A DNA stretch of 64,000 bases from Gammaproteobacteria bacterium (lineage in GTDB: Bacteria > Pseudomonadota > Gammaproteobacteria > Eutrophobiales > Eutrophobiaceae). Position 1 is the first letter of the stretch; each line of letters starts with the position of its first letter. Made by a program: the position numbers and the translations under genes. The notes under the pieces are model-generated. The model was not told the DNA's origin. It worked only from the letters and a program-made list of their open reading frames with translations, and searched no databases. Location of the stretch: contig CBDEUK010000001.1 of assembly GCA_965243205.1 (NCBI GenBank), positions 64,001-128,000 of the forward strand, in the 5' to 3' direction. Shown one piece after another: positions 41,089 to 49,301 of the stretch.

Positions 41089-41967
41089 TTACCCTACTAG
41101 TTTATCAACAACTAATTTAATCTCTTTTTGCACCTCAGATTCGATTTCGTTAAAGAGATCTTTATTTAAAATATTTTTCATTTTATCTATTGGGTCTTGC
41201 AATTTATAACTATCAATTTCTTCTTTAGCACGAAAATCATCACCTTTACTATGAGGAGAAAAACGATAGGTATTGAGTATTAACATTTTTGGTTTGCTTG
41301 TTTCTCTAACTTTATTTACAAGTTCGATAGCCGAACTGTGGACTGTTTCTAACTCCATACCATCGATAACTTTTGTTTCTATTTGAAATGCATTTGCTCG
41401 TTCTTCGAATGAACCGATATGTTGCATATGAGAGGGAGTTGATTGAGCGTATTTGTTATGCTCAACAACAATAAGAACTGGTAAATTCCACAATGAAGCA
41501 ATGTTAAATGTTTCATATATAATACCTTCTCCGAACGTTCCATCTCCTATAAAAGCAACAGCAATAGCTCCAGATTTTTTTAATTTTTCAGCTAAAGCCA
41601 TCCCTGCAACGATCGGAACTCCTGCTCCCTGTATTCCATTAGAATAATAATTATTTTTATGTAAATGCTGACTACCACCAATACCTAAACACACTCCGTC
41701 CTTTCTACCCATAACTTCTGCTATTAAGCCATAGACATCATTACTGTAAGCTAGATAATGACCATGTCCTCTATGGTTAGAAAATAAGATATCTTTTTTT
41801 TTGTCTAAAGCATTTACAACACCAACTGCACAAGCTTCTTGGCCAATACAAGTATGCACAGTTCCTCTTAAAAGCCCTTTAGAAAACAGTTCAAGCAAGC
41901 TTTCTTCAACGCGACGTATAAGTAACATTTGCCGAGTAAGATCATAAAAATCAGGTGAAGTTGTCAT
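41089..41967 (-). CDS. ThDP-dependent dehydrogenase E1 alpha subunit
   Basis: GTVHTCIGQEA, SNHRGHGH, GIGGSQH, ThDP motif GDGTFGEG...EHNKYA, DGM, TYRF.PHSKGD. Confidence 0.93.
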   Translation of the reverse strand: MTTSPDFYDLTRQMLLIRRVEESLLELFSKGLLRGTVHTCIGQEACAVGVVNALDKKKDILFSNHRGHGHYLAYSNDVYGLIAEVMGRKDGVCLGIGGSQHLHKNNYYSNGIQGAGVPIVAGMALAEKLKKSGAIAVAFIGDGTFGEGIIYETFNIASLWNLPVLIVVEHNKYAQSTPSHMQHIGSFEERANAFQIETKVIDGMELETVHSSAIELVNKVRETSKPKMLILNTYRFSPHSKGDDFRAKEEIDSYKLQDPIDKMKNILNKDLFNEIESEVQKEIKLVVDKLVG

Positions 41968-43085
41968 TAATCGCTTAATTTTCTATATGTATTGAGTATC
42001 ACTTCTATTACTCGATCTTGATCAGAGAATGTCATTTCATGATAAGAAGGTAAATTTATTGCTCTTTCTGGAATTGAATAGGCATTATAATTTGAAGAAA
42101 CTTCATCGAACATATCTAAGCTGCTTAAAGGCCAGAAAAAAACTCTTGCATCGATATTTTCTTTACCAAAATTTGATTGTAACTCTTCTCTCGTTATACC
42201 TATTTCATCATCGAAAACAACTGTAGGCATCCAAACACCATTTTGTGTTCCAGCCTTCTCTGGATTCATCGAAAGACCTTTTACTTCACCTAAATGTTTT
42301 TGATAATAATGAAATATCTCTCTCTTTTTACATATCAATTCATCGATACGCTCTAATTGCGCGCAACCTATTGCTGCTTGTATGTTTGACATTTTATATT
42401 TAAACCCTACTTTATCAGGCCAAAATTGTTTTTTTTGGCTACGTGCTCGTCCGTGATTTGAAAGGGTTAAAGCTGTTTCATAAAGCTGGGAGTTACTGGT
42501 TACAAATATACCTCCCTCACCAGTTGTTAATGTCTTAGTTCCATGAAAAGAAAATGTACCAAATTCTCCAATCGAACCTGCACGTTTTCCATGATAAATC
42601 GAACCAATAGCCTCTGCTGAGTCTTCAATTATCGGAATACCATACTTATTACCAATTGAATTTAACTCAGCCATTTCACATAAATTTCCATATAAATGTA
42701 CCGCAATAATAGCTTTGGTTTTAGGTGTAATAGCTTTTTCAACTAATTCAGGATTAATACACCAGCTATCTTCTAAAATATCAACAAATACTGGTGTTGC
42801 ATTAAGATAAGTAATTGGTGCAGCCGTTGCAATCCAATTGGTGTCTGCCAAAATGATTTCATCTCCTGCTCCTATACCAAGCGATGCTAATCCAAGATGT
42901 AATGCACCAGTACAACTTGAAGTAGCAATAGCATATTCAACATCTAGATGTTCTTTAAAATTTTTCTCAAACCGATTGATATAATCATAACAATGCTTTC
43001 CCCAACCATTAGTTGTAGCATCAACGGCATATTCAACCTCTTTTTCTGAAATAGAAGGCTTTGTGTAAAATATTTTTGATTTCAC
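41967..43085 (-). CDS. DegT/DnrJ/EryC1 sugar 4-aminotransferase (perosamine-synthase-like)
   Basis: SSCTGALHL, VHLYG, IEDSAEAIGS, FSFHGTKTLTTGEGG, GFKYKMSN.QAAIG.AQLE, INLPS. Confidence 0.92.
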   Translation of the reverse strand: MKSKIFYTKPSISEKEVEYAVDATTNGWGKHCYDYINRFEKNFKEHLDVEYAIATSSCTGALHLGLASLGIGAGDEIILADTNWIATAAPITYLNATPVFVDILEDSWCINPELVEKAITPKTKAIIAVHLYGNLCEMAELNSIGNKYGIPIIEDSAEAIGSIYHGKRAGSIGEFGTFSFHGTKTLTTGEGGIFVTSNSQLYETALTLSNHGRARSQKKQFWPDKVGFKYKMSNIQAAIGCAQLERIDELICKKREIFHYYQKHLGEVKGLSMNPEKAGTQNGVWMPTVVFDDEIGITREELQSNFGKENIDARVFFWPLSSLDMFDEVSSNYNAYSIPERAINLPSYHEMTFSDQDRVIEVILNTYRKLSD

Positions 43086-43169
43086 TTATGAAGGAAGAAA
43101 TTATTTAATTTTTTTAATGCAAAGTTTTTGGATAAAAACTTTAAAATTAGCCTGAATATATAATTATTT

Positions 43170-43943
43170 TTATTCCAATACAGCGTATGAAATAGAGGGA
43201 GTAGTTGGGAATCTTTTAATTTTTAAATTGGATATTCCTATCTCTTCTAAGACCGCAGTTGTTTCACCAGGCCATTGTTTTTGATTAAGTTCATCAAAAG
43301 CAATCACCCCACCCTTTGGAATTCGAGGATATAAATATTTCAAAGCAGCTTTGGTTGGTTCATATAGATCAAAATCTAAATATAGTAATGAAATTACAAG
43401 GTGTGGATTCTCTTCTACATAAGCTTTAATTGTTTGAACAGCATCACCTTCAACTAGTTCTAACTTAGGTATATGACCAATAGCTCTATTTAAATCATGT
43501 ATTTCAGCACAATTTAATAATTCCTGTTTGCCATTAAAAGAGTATGCCCCTTTATATTTATGCTCTTTATCAGCTTCTACCGAAGATTTATCGTTTTCAG
43601 CTAACGAAGGAAAACCTTCAAATGAATCAAAACCAATAATCTTTCGACCATGATTCACTGGTTCATAAATTGAACTCAATTGAAACCAAGTAAAAATTCC
43701 GCCACCTGTAAAAACACCACACTCTACAATGCTCCCATGTACTGGTAGGATTTCTTTAAATATTTCATGTTTTGCAATAAATTGACTTAAACTTTGTCTT
43801 GATACAAACCTTGGAAAAATATTTAACTTATCATTCACTGTACCAGATGCAGTATTGAAATGTTCTTCAATAGACTGCCTAAATTCCTGATCTAAATTCG
43901 TTTGAGTTGATTGGTTTTTTAAGGAAAATTTTTCAGTTTTCAT
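43170..43943 (-). CDS. TylF/MycF/NovP-family O-methyltransferase (copy 2)
   Basis: GSIVECGV..G, GFDSFEGFP, ISLLYLDFDLYEPT, GGVIAFDE, WPGE. Confidence 0.87.
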   Translation of the reverse strand: MKTEKFSLKNQSTQTNLDQEFRQSIEEHFNTASGTVNDKLNIFPRFVSRQSLSQFIAKHEIFKEILPVHGSIVECGVFTGGGIFTWFQLSSIYEPVNHGRKIIGFDSFEGFPSLAENDKSSVEADKEHKYKGAYSFNGKQELLNCAEIHDLNRAIGHIPKLELVEGDAVQTIKAYVEENPHLVISLLYLDFDLYEPTKAALKYLYPRIPKGGVIAFDELNQKQWPGETTAVLEEIGISNLKIKRFPTTPSISYAVLE

Positions 43944-44817
43944 TTTTTATACACTCAGGGTGAATATCTTCAAATTGACTCCCTTCTATCATGCCTCCAG
44001 GCCAGCCTTTTTCAACAGCAGTTTTATTTTGAAAATTTGCATACCTTAATTGTGTTGACCATCTAACATCCCCTTTACTCATTGGGACACTTTTATGAAG
44101 CAACAATGTATTAAAAACTAAAACATCTGTTAAATTAACTTCTACAGTATAAGCATCATAGTCATCAAATTTATCAGAGCCTATAATTTCAATCGTATGC
44201 GCCCCATTCTTATTTTTATTCTCAGGGTCAATTAATCTAACATCACAAATGCCGTTTTTATGGCTTTCAGGAATAATTTTAACTCCACCAAACCCTTCTT
44301 TCATTTCCATTAAAGGCATCCATAAAACTACTCCATCAGGAGAGCCTTGAATATAAGGATAATCTTGATGCCAACCAAATAAATATTTTTCTTCTCCTTT
44401 AATATCTATTCGAATAGGGATATAAGGTAATAAATTTACAAATTCAGTCTCCATCAAAAAACCAGCAAAATTTAGATTTTTTGTCTTTGATAGTAGTTGA
44501 AATAAAGATGGCAAATGTCTTGTAGCCCTATAAATTTCACCCGCTTTTGAACGATCAATTTTACAAAGTTCAATAAAGTTTTCCGAATGAATTCTATCGT
44601 CAGCATCATTTTTGTATTGTTTAAAATTAGATTCTTCTAACTTTAGTCTGATTAAATTATTTACTTCTCTAAAAACAGGTTTTAAATCTTTATCTAAATC
44701 AAAAAAATTTCTTATTAAAACCCATCCTTTTGATTGATAATGTTCTTTACAATCATTAGACATGCATTGCGTAACATCATAAATTCCATAATCATCTTTA
44801 TATTTTGTTACAGGCAT
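43933..44817 (-). CDS. PhyH-family Fe(II)/2-oxoglutarate dioxygenase
   Basis: WHQDYPY (HxD), W.PL, IPESHK, FN.LLLHKS (distal H), RWS. Confidence 0.88.
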   Translation of the reverse strand: MPVTKYKDDYGIYDVTQCMSNDCKEHYQSKGWVLIRNFFDLDKDLKPVFREVNNLIRLKLEESNFKQYKNDADDRIHSENFIELCKIDRSKAGEIYRATRHLPSLFQLLSKTKNLNFAGFLMETEFVNLLPYIPIRIDIKGEEKYLFGWHQDYPYIQGSPDGVVLWMPLMEMKEGFGGVKIIPESHKNGICDVRLIDPENKNKNGAHTIEIIGSDKFDDYDAYTVEVNLTDVLVFNTLLLHKSVPMSKGDVRWSTQLRYANFQNKTAVEKGWPGGMIEGSQFEDIHPECIKNEN

Positions 44818-44833
44818 TTCTGTATTATTCCAG

Positions 44834-45601
44834 TTATTTTTTTATGAAAAAACCGCCAGGAGTTGAAGTCCATGGAAACTTATTAAGTACAGGCATTTCA
44901 TCTTTAAAATAATCCTCAAAAGCAGAACTCTCACCACCCCACTCTGTCATTGCATATTCATCTAAAACAACTAATCCTCCAGGCACAACTCTAGGATATA
45001 AGTTTTCTAATGCAGCTAAATTTGGCTCATATATATCAACATCTAAATGCAATAATGAAATTCTAAGTCCAGGGTGCTGTTCAACATATTTTGGAACCGT
45101 TTCCAAGATATTACCTTCAACTATTTGAACTCGCTTAGCTTGAGGAACAAACATATCAGAATGATAAATATCAACAAACTCATAAAATGCGTCTTTGAAT
45201 TCTCCAGCACTCCAACCGCCTACAACTTTAGAACGGTTTTCATACATCGGGCCATCCTTGTCATTAAAATCTTGTAAGCCTTGAAAACTATCAAAACCGA
45301 TTACATTCCTTATCCTATCCCCTGGATGAAAAATTTCTAAAAACTTGGCAAATGCAAATAAACTATTACCTTGATAAACACCACATTCCACAATACAACC
45401 GGGTATATCTTGGATCATCTTATAAAGTTCATAATGAGCTAAAAAACGAGTAATATTTATTCTTCGAGCATATATAGCAAATGACTCCAAAACATCCTTC
45501 ATAGGAATATTTTCTTTTTCAATTACATCGACAATATTTTGCATCACATCCATGCCAGCTTGATTTTGTCCACCGTACATTTCTGATCTTTTTTTATCCA
45601 T
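44834..45601 (-). CDS. TylF/MycF/NovP-family O-methyltransferase (copy 1)
   Basis: PGCIVECGVYQG, GFDSFQG, ISLLHLDVDIYEP, PGGLVVLDEY, WGGE. Confidence 0.87.
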   Translation of the reverse strand: MDKKRSEMYGGQNQAGMDVMQNIVDVIEKENIPMKDVLESFAIYARRINITRFLAHYELYKMIQDIPGCIVECGVYQGNSLFAFAKFLEIFHPGDRIRNVIGFDSFQGLQDFNDKDGPMYENRSKVVGGWSAGEFKDAFYEFVDIYHSDMFVPQAKRVQIVEGNILETVPKYVEQHPGLRISLLHLDVDIYEPNLAALENLYPRVVPGGLVVLDEYAMTEWGGESSAFEDYFKDEMPVLNKFPWTSTPGGFFIKK

Positions 45602-45648
45602 AGCCTTTACCTTAGTTTTAATTTCTTAATATTGAAAAAACACATTAT

Positions 45649-46869
45649 TTATACTATCTCCAGTTGAGGTATAGTTACCACAAAATACCCACCCCAGTCA
45701 CGAATATAATCCAATTGTTCAGTTAACTCTGTTTTTAAATTCCAGGGTAAAATAACCACATAGTTAGGCTTGTCATTTTTAAGTCTAGCACCCTCTACTA
45801 TAGGTATGTGGCTACCAGGCATAAACTTACCTTGTTTAACTGCATTATTATCAACAATATATGATATTAAATCAGATTTAACGCCTAAATAATTTAATAA
45901 GGTATTACCTTTAGCAGCGGCACCATATGCAACAATCTTTTTTCCTTTTCTATTTTGTTCTAATAAAAAACTTAAAAAATCATTTTTAATTTTATTTACC
46001 CGATTTTGAAAATTAGTATAAGTAGAAAGTTCTCTACACCTTTCTTTTTCTTCTTGGTCAATAATTTCATATACAATTTCATTAACACTTCTACTATCAT
46101 CTACATGACATCCATATATTCTCAGGCTACCACCATGGGTAGGAAGCTTTTCAACATCAAAAATCTTCAAACCAGATTCTGTAAAAATTTTATTTACAGT
46201 ATAAAGAGATAAATATGAAAAATGTTCATGATATATAGTATCAAATTGACTGAGATTTATAAGATTCAGTAGATGTGGAAATTCTAATGTTACTACGCCA
46301 TCATCTTTGAGCATAGCCTTGAGGCCATTAGTAAAATTATTGATATCAGGCACATGAGCATATACATTGTTACCAATGATTAAATCTGCTTTTTTTTGTT
46401 TCGATAATTGTAATGCCAGATCATGACTAAAAAATTCACGAATTACTGAGACACCGAGTTTCTCAGCAGCATCAGCAGTACTATTAGTTGGTTCTATACC
46501 TACACAAGGAATTTCCAATTCCACAAAATTCTTTAGTAGATACCCATCATTTGAAGCAATCTCTATAACATAACTATCTTTATTAAGCTTCAATTTTTGT
46601 TTAATCATATAGACATAGTTTTTTGCATGTTCAAGCCAACTTTTTGAAATAGAAGAAAAATAAGCATAATCTGAAGAAAAAAGTTCTTCAGCATCAGAGT
46701 AGTCAATTGTTTGTACTAACCAACAACTTTCACATACATAAGTTTTAAGAGGGTACGTTGTTTCAGGTTTATTTAAATCTTCTAAATTTAAATACGCATT
46801 TGAAGGTGGAGCAAAACCTAAATCTAAAAAAACATGTTTAAGATTATTCTTACAATGACGACACTTCAT
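45649..46869 (-). CDS. NDP-4-keto-6-deoxyhexose C-methyltransferase (TylCIII/EryBIII-like)
   Basis: CRHC...CESC Zn site, YAYFSS, EIASNDGYLL, FDTIYHEH.SY, THGGSLR, YGAAAKGNTLLN, PGSHIPI, LPWN. Confidence 0.9.
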   Translation of the reverse strand: MKCRHCKNNLKHVFLDLGFAPPSNAYLNLEDLNKPETTYPLKTYVCESCWLVQTIDYSDAEELFSSDYAYFSSISKSWLEHAKNYVYMIKQKLKLNKDSYVIEIASNDGYLLKNFVELEIPCVGIEPTNSTADAAEKLGVSVIREFFSHDLALQLSKQKKADLIIGNNVYAHVPDINNFTNGLKAMLKDDGVVTLEFPHLLNLINLSQFDTIYHEHFSYLSLYTVNKIFTESGLKIFDVEKLPTHGGSLRIYGCHVDDSRSVNEIVYEIIDQEEKERCRELSTYTNFQNRVNKIKNDFLSFLLEQNRKGKKIVAYGAAAKGNTLLNYLGVKSDLISYIVDNNAVKQGKFMPGSHIPIVEGARLKNDKPNYVVILPWNLKTELTEQLDYIRDWGGYFVVTIPQLEIV

Positions 46870-47423
46870 ATCATAATCCCAGAAAACTCAGATTGAATTA
46901 AGGGATGATTCAAATCACGTTCAGATATATCTGTTACAGGCAAAGGCCAAGTTATGTTGAGTATTGGATCATTGAATCTAAACCCTGCCTCATGTTCTGG
47001 GTTATAGTATTCAGTATGACAATAATATAACTCAGAATTTTCTTCTAACACTTGAAAGCCATGAGCACATCCTTCAGGAACAACCATCATTTTATAATTT
47101 TCTTTTGAAATTTCCTCAGCATGCCACTTCAAAAACGTTGGAGAATCTTTACGCAAATCAACAGCGACATCCCATACTTTACCTTTAATACATCTAATTA
47201 ATTTCATCTCAGAATAAGGAGGGTATTGTAAATGTAAGCCTCTAATAGAACCAATTGAATGAGTGAGTGAGTAATTCATTTGTACAATCTGTTTTTTTGC
47301 TAAAATATTATCTAATTCATTTTTGCAAATTAATCGGCTAAAACTTCCACGCTCATCAGAACGCACACTACTTTCAATTATCGATACACCATCAATTACA
47401 GTATTAGTAATTTTCAATGTCAT
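46866..47423 (-). CDS. rmlC: NDP-4-keto-6-deoxyglucose 3,5-epimerase
   Basis: DERGSF, RGLHLQ, KLIRCIKG..WDVAVDLR..SPTF..W, VPEGCAHGFQ, WP. Confidence 0.92.
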   Translation of the reverse strand: MTLKITNTVIDGVSIIESSVRSDERGSFSRLICKNELDNILAKKQIVQMNYSLTHSIGSIRGLHLQYPPYSEMKLIRCIKGKVWDVAVDLRKDSPTFLKWHAEEISKENYKMMVVPEGCAHGFQVLEENSELYYCHTEYYNPEHEAGFRFNDPILNITWPLPVTDISERDLNHPLIQSEFSGIMI

Positions 47424-47436
47424 ATCGATATATTTT

Positions 47437-48525
47437 CTAAACTAATAGATTTGAATAATACGTTAATTGTTCTTCACTAATAATTTTGTTATTAGTTTTA
47501 AATGTTTTATACCATTCTGCAGTTAGTTTCACAGTTTCTGAAAATTCAAGAATGGGTTTCCATCCAAGTATTTCCCTTGATTTAGTTGAATCTAAATGGA
47601 GTAATTGGGCTTCATGAGGTTGATTGCTTTCATTAGATTGCCATTCTATTTCAGGCCAATACTTTTTAAACTCTGTTAAAACAGAAGATACTGTTTTATT
47701 TGAATTTTTATTTGGCCCAAAATTCCATGCTGCAGCAAATTCATTTTTTCCTTGTAATAGTTTCTCACCAAGTTGGAGATATCCATTCAGAGATTCTAAA
47801 ACATGTTGCCATGGCCGCGTCGCATTAGGATATCGAATATTTAAAGTTTGATTTTCTCTATTAGATTTTACAAGGTCAGGTATAAGCCTATCTTCAGACC
47901 AATCACCTCCACCTATAACATTACCCGCACGTGCAGAAGCAACTAAAGCGGAGTTATTATCTGAGTAAAATGATTTTCTATAACTGGCAGCAACCAGTTC
48001 GGTGGCTGCTTTTGATGCACTATATGGATCATGTCCCCCTAAAGGGTCAGTTTCTACATAAGCTGTTTCTTGCTCATAATTTTCATAGCATTTATCTGAT
48101 GTAATAATAATTATAGCTTTTAGATCTAATAATTCTCTAGAGACATCAAGCAAATTAGCTGAACCTATAACATTAGTAGTCCAAGTTAATAAAGGATTAT
48201 TATATGAGCGTCTAACTAAAGGTTGTGCAGCAAGATGAAAAATAATTTCAGGAGAAAACTTTTGAATTATAGTTCCTAACTTATCTTTATCCCGAATATC
48301 TTGATAGTGATTTTCTATATTAAGATCTAATAATTGCCAATGATTTGGATATACTTCAGGAGGTAATGAAATACCGCAAACATTTGCTCCTAATTTTTTT
48401 AACCATAATGATAACCAACTTCCTTTAAAGCCACTATGTCCTGTGACCAAAACTCGTTTATCTTTATAAATATTTGAAAATAATTTTATTTCCAAACCCT
48501 CCATGGAGCTTCGCCTGAACTCCAT
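47437..48525 (-). CDS. rfbG: CDP-glucose 4,6-dehydratase
   Basis: [63 protein letters not shown]. The true start may be the ATG at 48504. Confidence 0.95.
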   Translation of the reverse strand: MEFRRSSMEGLEIKLFSNIYKDKRVLVTGHSGFKGSWLSLWLKKLGANVCGISLPPEVYPNHWQLLDLNIENHYQDIRDKDKLGTIIQKFSPEIIFHLAAQPLVRRSYNNPLLTWTTNVIGSANLLDVSRELLDLKAIIIITSDKCYENYEQETAYVETDPLGGHDPYSASKAATELVAASYRKSFYSDNNSALVASARAGNVIGGGDWSEDRLIPDLVKSNRENQTLNIRYPNATRPWQHVLESLNGYLQLGEKLLQGKNEFAAAWNFGPNKNSNKTVSSVLTEFKKYWPEIEWQSNESNQPHEAQLLHLDSTKSREILGWKPILEFSETVKLTAEWYKTFKTNNKIISEEQLTYYSNLLV

Positions 48526-49256
48526 AATTCATCTAAGGTAATTTTATCTCGCAGTGTATCCATCGGCTTCCAAAACCCTTTATGGATATACGATGATAAT
48601 TCACCATTTTGAGCAAGTCTTTCTAATGGCTCTCGTTCCCAAACTGTATCATCACCATCAATATAGTTAAGCGCTTCAGGTTTTAATACAAAAAAACCGC
48701 CACTGATCCATGAGCCATCTCCTTTAGGTTTTTCCTCAAATGTTTCGATCTTATTATCCTTAATATTAAGAGAACCAAAACGACCTGGAGGCTGAACAGC
48801 TGTAACCGTTGCTTTGGTGTTTTGTTTTTTATGAAATTGGATTAGTTCCGCAATATTGATATCGCTAACTCCATCTCCATAAGTAAAACAAAAATCCTCT
48901 TCATCGATGTATTCGGCAACACGTTTTAATCGGCCTCCAGTCATCGTATTCTCACCCGTATCAACTAACGTAACTTTCCAAGGCTCAGCATTTTGATGAT
49001 GTACTTGCATATTATTATTTGTCATATCAAAAGTTACATCTGACATATGTAAAAAATAATTCGCGAAATATTCTTTTATTACATAACCTTTATAACCACA
49101 ACATATAATAAATTCGTTAACATCATAGGACGAATACATTTTCATAATATGCCAGAGAACTGGTTTACCACCTATTTCAATCATTGGTTTAGGCTTAAGA
49201 TGAGATTCTTCAGAAATTCGTGTTCCTAAACCCCCAGCTAAAATTATTGCTTTCAT
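48486..49256 (-). CDS. rfbF: Glucose-1-phosphate cytidylyltransferase
   Basis: [55 protein letters not shown]....APW. Confidence 0.96.
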   Translation of the reverse strand: MKAIILAGGLGTRISEESHLKPKPMIEIGGKPVLWHIMKMYSSYDVNEFIICCGYKGYVIKEYFANYFLHMSDVTFDMTNNNMQVHHQNAEPWKVTLVDTGENTMTGGRLKRVAEYIDEEDFCFTYGDGVSDINIAELIQFHKKQNTKATVTAVQPPGRFGSLNIKDNKIETFEEKPKGDGSWISGGFFVLKPEALNYIDGDDTVWEREPLERLAQNGELSSYIHKGFWKPMDTLRDKITLDELWSSGEAPWRVWK

Positions 49257-49301
49257 AAGTAGCTCACGTTTAGAATTTCATAAAATAATATTTATTAATT
49301 A

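Noticed and set aside
40081-41967. Housekeeping pyruvate dehydrogenase operon
   Set aside because: There is no E2 catalytic core or E3, E1-alpha is short, and the genes are embedded in and translationally coupled to sugar-biosynthesis genes.
48486-48525. 40-bp rfbF/rfbG overlap as a recoding signal
   Set aside because: Overlap at this junction is common for this gene pair, and a later ATG (48504) shortens it.
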